Source: Fibrobacteria bacterium
GTDB lineage: Bacteria > Fibrobacterota > Chitinivibrionia > Chitinivibrionales > FEN-1185
Length of the DNA stretch: 64,000 nt
Reading direction: 5' to 3'
Assembly: GCA_037447435.1 (NCBI GenBank)
Contig: JBBIGR010000014.1
Span: 16,318-80,317, forward strand
Shown: positions 19,580 to 29,263 of the stretch, one piece after another
Numbering within the stretch: the stretch's first letter is position 1
How the letters are laid out: each line of letters opens with the position of its first letter
Position numbers and translations under genes: made by a program
Notes under the pieces: generated by a model
Told to the model about the DNA's origin: nothing
Seen by the model: the letters and a program-made list of their open reading frames with translations, nothing else
The model's database searches: none

Positions 19580-20833
19580 ATGCAAAACACCGCTCATGGG
19601 ATTACCTTAACCGATGATGGTTCTTTTCTATTTGTTTCGCTTAAAAAGCGCGACAATTCGTGGCGGATTATAACCAAAAAAAAATGGGACAGTTCAAATA
19701 CTTTTAAAAACGGCCTTTTACTGAATCGCGGCGTTGTCGCCGCAGTTCCTTGTTCATTTAAAAACGCAAACACTAAAATCAACAATGAACAAGATTTGAT
19801 TTATTCACAAGACAACGGCCTGCTTGCGCCCTATGCGCACACACCTTCGGTATCGCCGTTTTCAAATTATCTGGCGGCGAACTGCATAGCTGCGGTTCCG
19901 GACGATTCGTTTTTGGCAACCCTTCCTCTCGCTTTTTCAAACAAAGATTTACATTCTTTTGTCAGCATATTCCAAACAGCGACTGAGTATAAAATCGGTA
20001 TTATCATTAATAGCGCGTTGACGGCGGTTTTCACCATGTCCCCGGTCTCTCCCGAAGCGATCATCTCGCATCTCGCAAGGATCGAACGTTACTGTTCGAT
20101 CATGACGCCGGAAACTCCCATGCCAAGACATGTTTATACATTCAACTTTAAATCCGACGGTATCAATCAAAGTCATTTCCAATGCAACGACCTGACCATT
20201 CCTCCGGAAATCGTTTCAAATAAGGAAACGGCTGTTGCAATCGGCGCAGCCTTGGCAAACGTTACTTGCAAGATTCCGACGCTTTCTTTCGATGCAACCC
20301 GTTCCTCCTTTCGCCACATCCGCGCAATCGGTTATGCGATCTCTATGGCTTTTTTAGGAAGCGTTATCGCCTGTTCGTTGTTTTTTGGAATTTTTTCCGC
20401 ATACTCCGCCACAGCGCTTTCCAAATACAAATCAAAATATCAAACCATTGTACAACAAAATCCCGATATTAAAAAGCTTTTGGACGAAAATGAATCGTTT
20501 GCAAAAGATTTGCTATCCCTTTCTTCCGTATTCGCAAACCGTACGGGATGGGCCGATTTTCTTCAATTATTGGGCGTAATTCGACCAAGCGGTTTGTATT
20601 TTGAAATGCTTGGTTCCGAATCATTGAATAAAACAAATGGCACAGTCCGAATCGCTTTATCGGGCTATGCTTCAAACGAATCGCTTATAACCGATTTTAT
20701 TTCCGGCCTGCAAAAAAGCAATATTATATCCCAGGTCTCTTTGTCCTCGATGGAACGGGACAAAGCCCAAAATGTCGTTACGTATAAGGTCATATGCTTA
20801 TTAAAATGTACCGCTTTATCCAAAACGAAATAA
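19580..20833 (+). CDS. GspL-like / PilM-PilN fusion (cytoplasmic actin-like domain, single TM, periplasmic domain)
   Basis: 417 aa. The N-terminal ~240 aa resemble a PilM-like actin fold, with HGITLTDDGSFLFVSL at the N-terminus. A single TM helix (AISMAFLGSVIACSLFFGIFSAY) lies near aa 250. The periplasmic C-terminal domain is PilN/GspL-like. Position after the secretin supports the call. Confidence 0.5.
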   Translation: MQNTAHGITLTDDGSFLFVSLKKRDNSWRIITKKKWDSSNTFKNGLLLNRGVVAAVPCSFKNANTKINNEQDLIYSQDNGLLAPYAHTPSVSPFSNYLAANCIAAVPDDSFLATLPLAFSNKDLHSFVSIFQTATEYKIGIIINSALTAVFTMSPVSPEAIISHLARIERYCSIMTPETPMPRHVYTFNFKSDGINQSHFQCNDLTIPPEIVSNKETAVAIGAALANVTCKIPTLSFDATRSSFRHIRAIGYAISMAFLGSVIACSLFFGIFSAYSATALSKYKSKYQTIVQQNPDIKKLLDENESFAKDLLSLSSVFANRTGWADFLQLLGVIRPSGLYFEMLGSESLNKTNGTVRIALSGYASNESLITDFISGLQKSNIISQVSLSSMERDKAQNVVTYKVICLLKCTALSKTK

Positions 20834-21351
20834 TCCATATTTGCGCTTGTTCCTTATTGATCCTCGCAGCGCTTATATTGCTTAAAATCGTTGCTATACC
20901 AATGGCCGTTTCATGCAGCACGGTTGCAGCGCAATCCGCCGTTTATCGTGGTTTGGTATCCGACAACAACCGGTACGGGGCAATTAAAGAGCAGTTAATT
21001 CTAAAAAAATCCGCTCTTGAGGATACGCGTGCCCGATTTGCCCTGGCGACTTTGCAGACGGGCGATTTGTCGTCCATTTTGCAATTACTCATATCCCGCG
21101 CCAAAGAATCTGATATACGATTTGTAAAAATGCTGCCCGAAACCGATAGCAAAGCAAGTCCAAATAGCTATCCCGTTGTTTTGGAAATGAACACATCGTA
21201 TCATTCGCTTGGCCGTTTTATTGCGTCGCTTGAAAGTTTGCCGCATATTTTTTTGATACAGCGGTTAGCCATTAATTCCGAAAAAAACGATATCAACGTC
21301 CGGATGCTCGTGAGTTGCGTTCTTGCACAACAGCCAAAGGACGTAAAATGA
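20794..21351 (+). CDS. PilO/GspM-like bitopic inner-membrane assembly protein
   Basis: An N-terminal TM helix is followed by a coiled-coil and a periplasmic domain. The product is ~180 aa. It overlaps both neighbours, and the exact start is uncertain (20794 or 20806). Confidence 0.45.
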   Translation: MLIKMYRFIQNEIIHICACSLLILAALILLKIVAIPMAVSCSTVAAQSAVYRGLVSDNNRYGAIKEQLILKKSALEDTRARFALATLQTGDLSSILQLLISRAKESDIRFVKMLPETDSKASPNSYPVVLEMNTSYHSLGRFIASLESLPHIFLIQRLAINSEKNDINVRMLVSCVLAQQPKDVK

Positions 21352-21842
21352 TCCGCCAAAATAAACTTCGCTTTGTCCTGATGGCCGCAGTTACCGTTTT
21401 TGCATGGATCTTCGCAATTCGCATTACCGGCAGCGTCCTCAGTTTTCATCGCCCGGCAATTTCGGCGGTAAAGCCCGAAAGCGAAAATGCCTTTTCAGCC
21501 TCTTTCGCCATTGTCAACAAAGCCCTCTTAATTCCTGAGTATAAAGCGTCTCACTATAACCCGACTTTCGAAACGCCGTTTAAAACGGTTTCCGAGTCCC
21601 GGGCACAAACCAATCCGACTTCGGTAAAAACGCGCGTATTGCCGGCTCCCCGGCCAAGGCTTTCTTTGCAGGGAGTATTGTTCAAGTCCAGTCCGCTGTC
21701 TATTCTTGCGAACGAATCCGGCGCAACGTTTATTCTTGGTGTGGGAGACTCAATTTCAGGTCAAAAAATCGTTTCCATTACTAAAACCACTGTTACGCTC
21801 AAAGACAAATTCGGGACCTATGAACTTTCGGTAAAAGAATAG
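21348..21842 (+). CDS. PilP/GspC-like protein (TM anchor + secretin-interacting beta domain)
   Basis: The ATG overlaps the upstream stop (ATGA). An N-terminal TM helix is present. The C-terminal LQGVLFKSSPLSILANESGATFILGVGDSISGQKIVSITKTTVTLKD..GTYEL matches the PilP / GspC-HR domain pattern. Confidence 0.5.
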   Translation: MIRQNKLRFVLMAAVTVFAWIFAIRITGSVLSFHRPAISAVKPESENAFSASFAIVNKALLIPEYKASHYNPTFETPFKTVSESRAQTNPTSVKTRVLPAPRPRLSLQGVLFKSSPLSILANESGATFILGVGDSISGQKIVSITKTTVTLKDKFGTYELSVKE

Positions 21843-21854
21843 CGAAACACGGCA

Positions 21855-23258
21855 ATGGACGTTCGCAATGAGCACGGATCAAGCCTTACCATAGTGCTTA
21901 TCTTTTCGGTTTTCGCATTAATCACCACTTCCGTTTATATAATAAGTCAATGGACCATCGCCAAACCCGGGCTATTGGCCCCCTCGTCGTTTCAAGCGCT
22001 TTTAAACGCCCGATCGGGCATTTGGAAAGCAATGGAACTTATGAACGCCCCGCCGCCCGATACTCTTGCCTCCATCAATACTCTTGGCACCAAATTCAAC
22101 GACACCTTATTTGGTAAGCAAACGCAAAACATCGCAGACAGCTCGGCTTTGCCGCCGGACGATACGACCGATGTCTCGATTTTCAGTTCCGATTCGTTCG
22201 GAAAATGCAAAGTAATTTTCACCTATATACCTTGCTTTAAAAATTTGGAATCCAACGGCATATTTCGAATGCAATCAAAAACGGTTTCAGCCCGTTTGGG
22301 CGGCATTTTGCATACGTCGCCAGATACGGTTTGTTTTCTTGGTACTAAAATTCCACCACAAGGAGGCGGATTAATTGACGGTAAGGTCACCCAAATTCCC
22401 GATTCAACCTTAGGAGGACCCACTAAAAGTAAATTCATATCTGAGTTCAGAAAACAAGATCTTGTCAAGGTTATTTCTTACTATAAAGCAAAATTTTCAA
22501 ATACTAATGATTCTTTGTTTCAAAACTCGGTAATTACTATACAAGATAACGATAAAATCCCCACCATAAAAGATATTGTCAATGGTCCTTTACTCTTAGA
22601 TGGATCTCATCATGATTTGTATTGGAAAGAAAAACGTAGAATCCTAGTACTCGGTGATCTGCAAATTACCGGAACGGTTACTGTTGAAAACATTGAATTT
22701 CTTGTTAGTGGAAATGTTAATCTTTTTGACAATTGCGTATTTAGAAATGTTTCCATATTTTGCAGTAAAACATTGACAATTACGGACAAAGCCGTTTTTT
22801 CAGGAAATGCCTTATCTCTTTATCAAATTAATGCTAGTAAACGAGGACGGATTGAGAATAACAGCGTACTTGTGGCATATAATGAAAAAAAAGATACATC
22901 ATCTTCCAGGATCAAAGTATTGTGCTCAATTTTTTTAACTCAAGAGGTACGATGCGATGGAACCGTCATTTCGTGTGGCAATCGGGCCGGGATAAAGACT
23001 GACAAAAATGTCATTATACATGGATCTCTTTGGTCCGATAGTGTTATTTGCCACGAAGGAACCCTTTTGGGGTTTATGCGCTGTAAAGAATTGATCTCAT
23101 CCGAAGAACTCGATTCCCGGCAAACAAGCACACCACCACCTATTTCCGGAAAAAACGTAATGAAAGGTTCCGTTCGCAGGCTTGAAACAATCGCCGATTA
23201 CCCATATCCGTTTTTTATGGGCAAACCGTCGATCGTGAGCTGGGAAGAGAGTATGTGA
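21855..23258 (+). CDS. large GspK-like minor (pseudo)pilin-type protein
   Basis: The N-terminal GSSLTIVLIFSVFALI hydrophobic segment resembles the GspK N-terminus (G-[SV]-ALI-[TI]-VL). The product is 467 aa, larger than typical GspK (~330 aa). The C-terminal third has beta-helix-like repeats. Confidence 0.4.
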   Translation: MDVRNEHGSSLTIVLIFSVFALITTSVYIISQWTIAKPGLLAPSSFQALLNARSGIWKAMELMNAPPPDTLASINTLGTKFNDTLFGKQTQNIADSSALPPDDTTDVSIFSSDSFGKCKVIFTYIPCFKNLESNGIFRMQSKTVSARLGGILHTSPDTVCFLGTKIPPQGGGLIDGKVTQIPDSTLGGPTKSKFISEFRKQDLVKVISYYKAKFSNTNDSLFQNSVITIQDNDKIPTIKDIVNGPLLLDGSHHDLYWKEKRRILVLGDLQITGTVTVENIEFLVSGNVNLFDNCVFRNVSIFCSKTLTITDKAVFSGNALSLYQINASKRGRIENNSVLVAYNEKKDTSSSRIKVLCSIFLTQEVRCDGTVISCGNRAGIKTDKNVIIHGSLWSDSVICHEGTLLGFMRCKELISSEELDSRQTSTPPPISGKNVMKGSVRRLETIADYPYPFFMGKPSIVSWEESM

Positions 23259-23665
23259 TGAAGCACGCACGATACCAGGATGGTATGACCATTCTTGAGG
23301 CGCTCATCGCGATTCTTATTCTCGGCATTACGACAACGGCCATAACGAGCCTGATCGTAACCGGTGACAGGATTGCGGGCCGTCGCACAACGATATATAC
23401 CGCAACGACCCTTGCGAAAAGCGAAATTGAACGTCTTCGTGCGTATGAGAAATCATTGGTGCTTCCGAAGGATACGCTATACGACGAGGTCGTCAACGGC
23501 GTGGAATACGAAGTCAAACGAAACTGGATACCCAATGATACGATTTCCATGAATTCCACGGTTTTACATAGGGAATATTCCGTTTCGGTAACCAGAAAAA
23601 TCAATCAATCCGTATCGGTCTCATTCAGGACATTGCAAGGATATTATGGCGAACCGACTCAATAA
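23258..23665 (+). CDS. prepilin-type N-terminal cleavage/methylation domain protein (GspI/J-like minor pseudopilin)
   Basis: The N-terminus ..DGMTILEALIAILILGITTTAI is a class III signal peptide (G-[FM]-T-[LI]-x-E). It overlaps the upstream stop (TGATG). Confidence 0.65.
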   Translation: MKHARYQDGMTILEALIAILILGITTTAITSLIVTGDRIAGRRTTIYTATTLAKSEIERLRAYEKSLVLPKDTLYDEVVNGVEYEVKRNWIPNDTISMNSTVLHREYSVSVTRKINQSVSVSFRTLQGYYGEPTQ

Positions 23666-24200
23666 AGCACACGGAGTGACGCTTGTGGAGCTCATGATTG
23701 CGATTGCTATGTCGGGTATCGTCATTGGTCTTGCCATGTTTACCTGGACATATATTTCCCGGCACACGACGCTGCAAAAGCAAAAAAGTCTTTTTTATTC
23801 GCAAGCCGAGGCAATTGCAGCGGGAATTGCCAATACCGTACGAACGTCGCCGAACGTTATTTCGTACTCCACAAATGCAATAACCTGCGTCGATAAAAAT
23901 CATGGCGATACGGTCACGTATGAATTGTACGGGGACAGCTTGCGGAAAAATACCGTCGGTATCCCTTGTGTGGCCGAAGGCGCCCGTTTTACAACCTTTG
24001 CAATCGAAGAAAAGGCCATTCCAATTCAGTTGCCTCCCGGCGCTGTTTACGACGAAAAAAAGCAAATAGATGTCTTATTGGTTCTTACTCTCGGCATGGA
24101 AAACGGTACCGGATTATCGTGTACCGTTCCCATGCAAATCAAGGTAAAGAAACCGCTCGACAACACGGGAATATCCGCACGGGGACTTTGGAATTTCTGA
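23646..24200 (+). CDS. prepilin-type N-terminal cleavage/methylation domain protein (GspH/J-like minor pseudopilin)
   Basis: The N-terminus reads ..AHGVTLVELMIAIAMSGIVIGLA. It overlaps the previous gene by 20 nt. Confidence 0.65.
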   Translation: MANRLNKAHGVTLVELMIAIAMSGIVIGLAMFTWTYISRHTTLQKQKSLFYSQAEAIAAGIANTVRTSPNVISYSTNAITCVDKNHGDTVTYELYGDSLRKNTVGIPCVAEGARFTTFAIEEKAIPIQLPPGAVYDEKKQIDVLLVLTLGMENGTGLSCTVPMQIKVKKPLDNTGISARGLWNF

Positions 24201-24212
24201 TATTACATTAAA

Positions 24213-24743
24213 TCAATCGCCATATTTTCCGTTATACGATTCCCAATGCACGATTTCGTCCAGTTTTTTACGTTTCTTCGTCACCGGGACGCTTGCCGGA
24301 TAGCCAATCGGCGTAAACACGATCGGCTCGATCGTTTCCGGCAAAGTAAGAACTCTGCGGGCTTCTTCAAGATTGAAATTTGCGACCCAGCAGGTGCCCA
24401 GCCCCGCTTCGGTCGCAGCAAGCGTCAAATGATCCATTGCAATCGCGATGTCGATTTCACCGTAATTTTTACCGTCTTTTCGTTGCCAGGATTGCGTGAT
24501 ATCGCAGCATAAGGCGATAATTGCCGGCGCTGCGCAGAACCAGGGGCGTTCATAGACTGCGGCAAGTTTTTTTTTCGTTTCGTCCTTACGGATAACAATG
24601 AAAACCCATGGTTGGTTATTACATGCCGACGGCGCCAAACTTGCCGTTTCCAGTATTTTGAGCAACAGGGTTTCCTCGATTTTTTTATCTTGATACGTAC
24701 GTACCGAATAGCGTTTTTTTACGAGTTCTAAAAATGTCGACAT
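24213..24743 (-). CDS. nitroreductase family protein
   Basis: The N-terminal RYSVRTY...LAPSACNNQPWVF is the classic nitroreductase FMN-binding motif. Confidence 0.8.
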   Translation of the reverse strand: MSTFLELVKKRYSVRTYQDKKIEETLLLKILETASLAPSACNNQPWVFIVIRKDETKKKLAAVYERPWFCAAPAIIALCCDITQSWQRKDGKNYGEIDIAIAMDHLTLAATEAGLGTCWVANFNLEEARRVLTLPETIEPIVFTPIGYPASVPVTKKRKKLDEIVHWESYNGKYGD

Positions 24744-24771
24744 TCTTGCCTCCCCCTTTTGATCGATCCGC

Positions 24772-26262
24772 TTATTGCGGATTTATTTCGAGCGGTTTTA
24801 TTTCCACATCAGAGTAATATGCTTTTAAAATTTCCCTGTATCCTGCGCCGCTTTTTGCACGTCCCAAGGCGCCTCGTTGACACATTCCGACACCATGACC
24901 GTACCCTTTTCCCCGTAATACTACCGTATTTCCTTTTACAAACGCCTCTGTTAAACAACTGCTCTTAAGAATAGGATACCCCGAAACATTTCGCCGAAAA
25001 GCAAAGCGGATTTTATCGCCCCCATACACAAAATCGCCTTCCGTTGTCGAAAGCCTGCATTCCTTTATTCTACCGCAATGGAAACGCGAACCAAGAGATA
25101 TTGAAGTAATACGTCCATGAAAGGGATTTTGAGGAAACGCTTCTTTTGAATATTTATTGACAATAAAGGTGAACTGGTCTTTTGTCCATAGTTCTTCCCA
25201 ATCGATAGGCCCAGCTGTCGCGCAAAACGGTTCGGAACCGTCCCGAACGGAACGCAGATACGGCAGAGACGATTTGTTCCACACGTCAGAAATATTGGCC
25301 GTGTTGCCGCCGCAGGTGGAATGGTAATATGCATAAATCAAGCTATCATGATAGACGATTACTTCATCAGTCGTCGCACGAATCGCTTTATTGCATATTT
25401 CCGATTCGGCAGACACCCCGCCGTATACCTGGTCCGAAACCGTTGCAAGCATATCATATTGTCCGCCGCCGGCACTTTCCAACAGTTTCTTATAAGTATA
25501 GGTACGAGCCGCAACAGCCTGGGCTTTGACCGCTTCAATTACTTCGTCGCTTCCTTTTCCAACCTCAAGCGGTACTACCCCTCGTAAATAATCTTCTACG
25601 TTCAGCATATTTATGATAGAACACCCATTTGACCCCGGTACAAGCAAAATGGACCCGCGATAGCTTTGCCCATCGACTCTTTCGACCGAAAATTCATTAA
25701 CGCATATTAACGTACAGGGATATGCGACTTCGCTTTTCTCGCTTCCGTCGACCAGCACTTTGGCCCACTGCTGCTCCGAACGCTCGATCGTCAGTTTGCT
25801 GCAGACAGTCGGGTCCTTACGACCGTCGTGAATGCTCATAGTCATCGAGGCAACGATTTCAGCGGTTTTCTTATTCGCGCTAAGCAATATCCTTACAGTG
25901 TGATCGCTGCGCGAAGCCAGGCGGATACTTTGTTGTGTTGGTTTCCGCGGCGGCAACGATTCTAAAGATTCTTTATGATTTTGCACGCCGACGGTTGTGT
26001 CTGCGTCCCACTGAATGGTTTCAGCCGCGTGTTGCGTATCGGGCTTCAATGCGGGCGCGGCATCTTCGGAAGCGGATTCAACAGGTTCGGCTTCCGGCTG
26101 TTTTTGTTGCTGCTTGACTTCTTGTTTTTTTCGGATATTTTTTTCTGTGTGATGCGAGGTCTGATTGGTGTTGAAAAAACGCGGATTGGGCGTACACCCG
26201 CCAATGGTTAGGAGAACGCAAAGAAACATCATCATAATGGCTTGGTTTTTATAGTCTAGCAT
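24772..26262 (-). CDS. SpoIID/LytB domain lipoprotein (amidase enhancer)
   Basis: A lipobox reads LTIGGC. HSTCGG and YGHGVGMCQRGA match conserved SpoIID/LytB motifs. A Gln/Lys-rich linker follows the signal peptide. Confidence 0.8.
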   Translation of the reverse strand: MLDYKNQAIMMMFLCVLLTIGGCTPNPRFFNTNQTSHHTEKNIRKKQEVKQQQKQPEAEPVESASEDAAPALKPDTQHAAETIQWDADTTVGVQNHKESLESLPPRKPTQQSIRLASRSDHTVRILLSANKKTAEIVASMTMSIHDGRKDPTVCSKLTIERSEQQWAKVLVDGSEKSEVAYPCTLICVNEFSVERVDGQSYRGSILLVPGSNGCSIINMLNVEDYLRGVVPLEVGKGSDEVIEAVKAQAVAARTYTYKKLLESAGGGQYDMLATVSDQVYGGVSAESEICNKAIRATTDEVIVYHDSLIYAYYHSTCGGNTANISDVWNKSSLPYLRSVRDGSEPFCATAGPIDWEELWTKDQFTFIVNKYSKEAFPQNPFHGRITSISLGSRFHCGRIKECRLSTTEGDFVYGGDKIRFAFRRNVSGYPILKSSCLTEAFVKGNTVVLRGKGYGHGVGMCQRGALGRAKSGAGYREILKAYYSDVEIKPLEINPQ

Positions 26263-26394
26263 GGTAGTAATATATATATAAATTATCTGCGCGGGACGCG
26301 CAGATAAAATCTGTGTTAAAACTATCCAATAACGAAGAAGAAAGCAACGGATTAGTAAAATACGTAGTAAGCCGCATCATTGTGCGGTTTTCTT

Positions 26395-26895
26395 TCAAGC
26401 GGTCGCGGCAAGTTTTTTAAGTTTTCCGCTGAGCAATTTTCTCTGTATAACCGAAATATGGTCTATTATAAGAATGCCGTTGAGATGATCTATTTCATGC
26501 TGTAATGCCCGTGCCAAAAGATCGTCTGCTTTATCGATGGTAAAGAATTCGCCTTTTTCGTTCTGGGCCTTTACAGATACAATGGTTGGCCGAGTAATAT
26601 CGAGGTGAATGTCCGGAAAACTGAGGCATCCCTCTTCCCGTTGCACTTCTTCTTCGGACTTATAGGTGAACTCCGGGTTTATAATTACGAGCGGAGGATT
26701 TTCACCCTTGGTGGTATCGATAACCACCAATTGAATGGATTGGCCCACCTGCGGTGCGGCCAATCCTACGCCGTCGTATTCGACCATTGTTTCATTCATT
26801 TCATTTACCAATGCCTTTAAAGCATCATCGAAAACAAGAACCGGCTTGGCTTTTTTTCTTAAAATCGGATTTCCATAATAAACAACGTCGAACAT
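26395..26895 (-). CDS. def: peptide deformylase
   Basis: The three signature motifs are GVGLAAPQVG, EGCLSFP and HEIDHLNG. Confidence 0.92.
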   Translation of the reverse strand: MFDVVYYGNPILRKKAKPVLVFDDALKALVNEMNETMVEYDGVGLAAPQVGQSIQLVVIDTTKGENPPLVIINPEFTYKSEEEVQREEGCLSFPDIHLDITRPTIVSVKAQNEKGEFFTIDKADDLLARALQHEIDHLNGILIIDHISVIQRKLLSGKLKKLAATA

Positions 26896-26903
26896 GATTT
26901 AAA

Positions 26904-27293
26904 CTATCCTTTTTTCTCTGCTTTTTCTGCATCCGCTTTTTCTTTTTCTTCATTGACAATAGTTGCAATTGCAGATTTTTTAAACTCAACAACGGTGTTC
27001 TCGGCAATTTTAACCATAACCGTCGTATCTTTTACATTGCCGACAATTCCCAGAGCACCGCCAATGGTCAGAACTTTGTCCCCTTTTTTCATATTATTGA
27101 GCATGTTCTGAGTTTCCTTTTGCTTTTTACGCTGCGGTAAAATCATCAGGAAATAAATGATCGCAAAAATGACAGCCATCATTATAAGAAACGTCATTGG
27201 GTCCTGACCGCCTGCTTTCGGTGCGGCTTTATCTTGAGCAAACAATGAAAATGCGCTTATCGCTACAAGGGCAGAAGCAAATTTAGACTTCAT
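26904..27293 (-). CDS. yajC: preprotein translocase subunit YajC
   Basis: A TM helix is followed by ..MMAVIFAIIYFLMILPQRKK..LKKGDKVLTIGGALG..V..IAEN..V.F.K, the conserved YajC core. There is an extra ~30-aa N-terminal signal-like extension. Confidence 0.8.
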   Translation of the reverse strand: MKSKFASALVAISAFSLFAQDKAAPKAGGQDPMTFLIMMAVIFAIIYFLMILPQRKKQKETQNMLNNMKKGDKVLTIGGALGIVGNVKDTTVMVKIAENTVVEFKKSAIATIVNEEKEKADAEKAEKKG

Positions 27294-27643
27294 GAAGAAT
27301 CCTTTCTTGTCCGGAAAACCGGACTATGATTAAATCCAATTATTGACTCTGAAAAACGAAATTAACATACGTAATTTTTCGATTTCAGGCCAATAATATA
27401 TGTTGCCCTTGATTAAAAAGTCAATGCTCACACACCCCGCACAATCCGACTCTCTAGACTTTAAAAAAATACAATACGAATTAATTAAGATTCCAAAACC
27501 AGGAAAATCAAAATAATTACCGTCGTTTCTATACTGTTTTCGCATATCCCGGATTTGATATTGCATTTTTTATTTTCCATCGTCTTTAATTGAGTTAAAG
27601 TTTTTTTCGATCATACCCGATATAGTTACTTGGGAGCAAACCT

Positions 27644-27931
27644 ATGCGAATTGAGCAATTAATAGGCAATTACACCAGCCTTTCCGGGCAAAAACGGCCC
27701 TGGAAGGATCCAACAGGTAGTTATCCTAAAAAATCTTTTTTAGGCCGGGCTTCAGTTTTGGATATCGTTTGCATTAATCCCGAAGAAACCGAAGATGACT
27801 TGGCCTGGCTTGAATCATACATACGACAACTTTCATGTGAAGCGGTGCTTGAAAAAATCGATCAGCTTTTTTCATCTAACCAATCTCCTGATGAGCTGCT
27901 GATAGAAAAGCTTCTTTTCGAATTGCTTTAA
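27644..27931 (+). CDS. hypothetical small protein
   Basis: A 95-aa ORF follows a 350-bp intergenic region with a weak RBS. No recognisable motif. Confidence 0.3.
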   Translation: MRIEQLIGNYTSLSGQKRPWKDPTGSYPKKSFLGRASVLDIVCINPEETEDDLAWLESYIRQLSCEAVLEKIDQLFSSNQSPDELLIEKLLFELL

Positions 27932-28010
27932 CTAATAAATTCATCGGTTTTCAAACAAAATAAAAACCTGCACCCCCAAGCAAGGTAATTGTAATTATTT
28001 TCTGCATACC

Positions 28011-29237
28011 ATGGCATATGTATACTTTGCAAAATGGATACTTTTACCCTCCTTTGAAGTGCTTCTTAACGGCGCCATAAGTGTTGAAAATGGAAGAATC
28101 AAGGACATTGGTTCTCGTAGCCAAGTTCATAAAAACACCTCGGACCATGTAATTAATTTAGGCGACATATTCCTTCTGCCCGGTCTTATTAATATTCATA
28201 CTCATTTAGAGGAAAATGCGCTTCGCGATATGCCCCGGCAAGAATCCGACACCTTTGCCGCCTGGCTCGCAAAACGCAATTCCAAACTTAAACAAATACC
28301 GGCCCATGCCATTGAGAAATCAATAGCATTAGGCGCCCGCGAATTGCTGTCGCATGGCATAACCGCAGTTGCCGACTTTTCTAAATTAGGCCTCGGCACA
28401 ACTATTATTTCGCAAGAGGGAATTCGGGCATTTGTATTTCATGAAGCCCATCCGCAAAGCACGGAGGAAGAAAAATCGATTGTGGATATGATATCCAAGC
28501 GCACCGGACCTCATTCTCACGATCGCTACACGGGAATTGGTCCCTATGCTTTATTTTCACTTTCTCCCAAAAGCCATCGTACTATCGCTGCGCTGGCAAA
28601 AAACGAGGGTTTTTTATACGCACTTCACATTGCGGAAAGCAACGAGGAATTACAGGCATTTTCCGAGCAAAGCGGCGACCTTTACTTCCATATATCAAGA
28701 AAAAAGGGATGGCCGTACGGCGTCGTCCGTCGCGGCTCGATGGATTTTGCTCTACAAGAAAACTTGATACCGCAAAACGCAATCTGTTTACATTGCAATT
28801 ATTTAAGCGGTGCCGAATTCGAAAAGCTTGCGGCAATTAACGCGTCGGTGGTTCTTTGTTTCCAATATTCAAAAGAAATGCTTCACAAGGAATTTCCGCT
28901 TGATGTCGCCATAAACCGCGGCCTTAACTTATGCGTCGGAACCGAAAGTATTTCCTGCGAAAGATCGTTCAATCTATTTGACGAACTGTATTGCGCACGG
29001 AAACAATTTCCCCATATTAGCGCCAAACAAATGCTGCGATGGGTCACAAGCAATCCCGCGGCAGCGCTTGGCGCAGCCGAGAACCTGGGCAGCCTGGACA
29101 AGGGCAAACTTGCGGATTTCATCGGCGTACGCTTTCACACCGACCCGGGCGAAAACATCCTCGAAGAGCTGATTGAAGGCGAGCCTGAAATTAGGCTTGT
29201 CATCATTAACGGCGAAGAAATAATCGCGGAATACTGA
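28011..29237 (+). CDS. amidohydrolase family metal-dependent hydrolase (chlorohydrolase/deaminase-like)
   Basis: LPGLINIHTHLEE is the HxH metal-binding motif, and later His/Asp positions are consistent with the TIM-barrel amidohydrolase fold (..HIAES.., ..GTES..). Confidence 0.75.
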   Translation: MAYVYFAKWILLPSFEVLLNGAISVENGRIKDIGSRSQVHKNTSDHVINLGDIFLLPGLINIHTHLEENALRDMPRQESDTFAAWLAKRNSKLKQIPAHAIEKSIALGARELLSHGITAVADFSKLGLGTTIISQEGIRAFVFHEAHPQSTEEEKSIVDMISKRTGPHSHDRYTGIGPYALFSLSPKSHRTIAALAKNEGFLYALHIAESNEELQAFSEQSGDLYFHISRKKGWPYGVVRRGSMDFALQENLIPQNAICLHCNYLSGAEFEKLAAINASVVLCFQYSKEMLHKEFPLDVAINRGLNLCVGTESISCERSFNLFDELYCARKQFPHISAKQMLRWVTSNPAAALGAAENLGSLDKGKLADFIGVRFHTDPGENILEELIEGEPEIRLVIINGEEIIAEY

Positions 29238-29263
29238 ACACTATTTGAAAAGGCAATGGTTTT

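Noticed and set aside
26263-26394. Hairpin ATCTGCGCG-gga-CGCGCAGAT between def and the SpoIID/LytB gene, as a possible terminator
   Set aside because: The stem is short and is followed by an alternating AT tract rather than a clean U-run. It may be an attenuator or a protein-binding palindrome, but the evidence is insufficient to call it a terminator.
27330-27566. 78-aa ORF in the 350-bp yajC upstream intergenic region
   Set aside because: It has no RBS, odd composition, and no recognisable motif. The region more likely holds promoters and a GTCCGG-aaaa-CCGGAC hairpin in the yajC leader.
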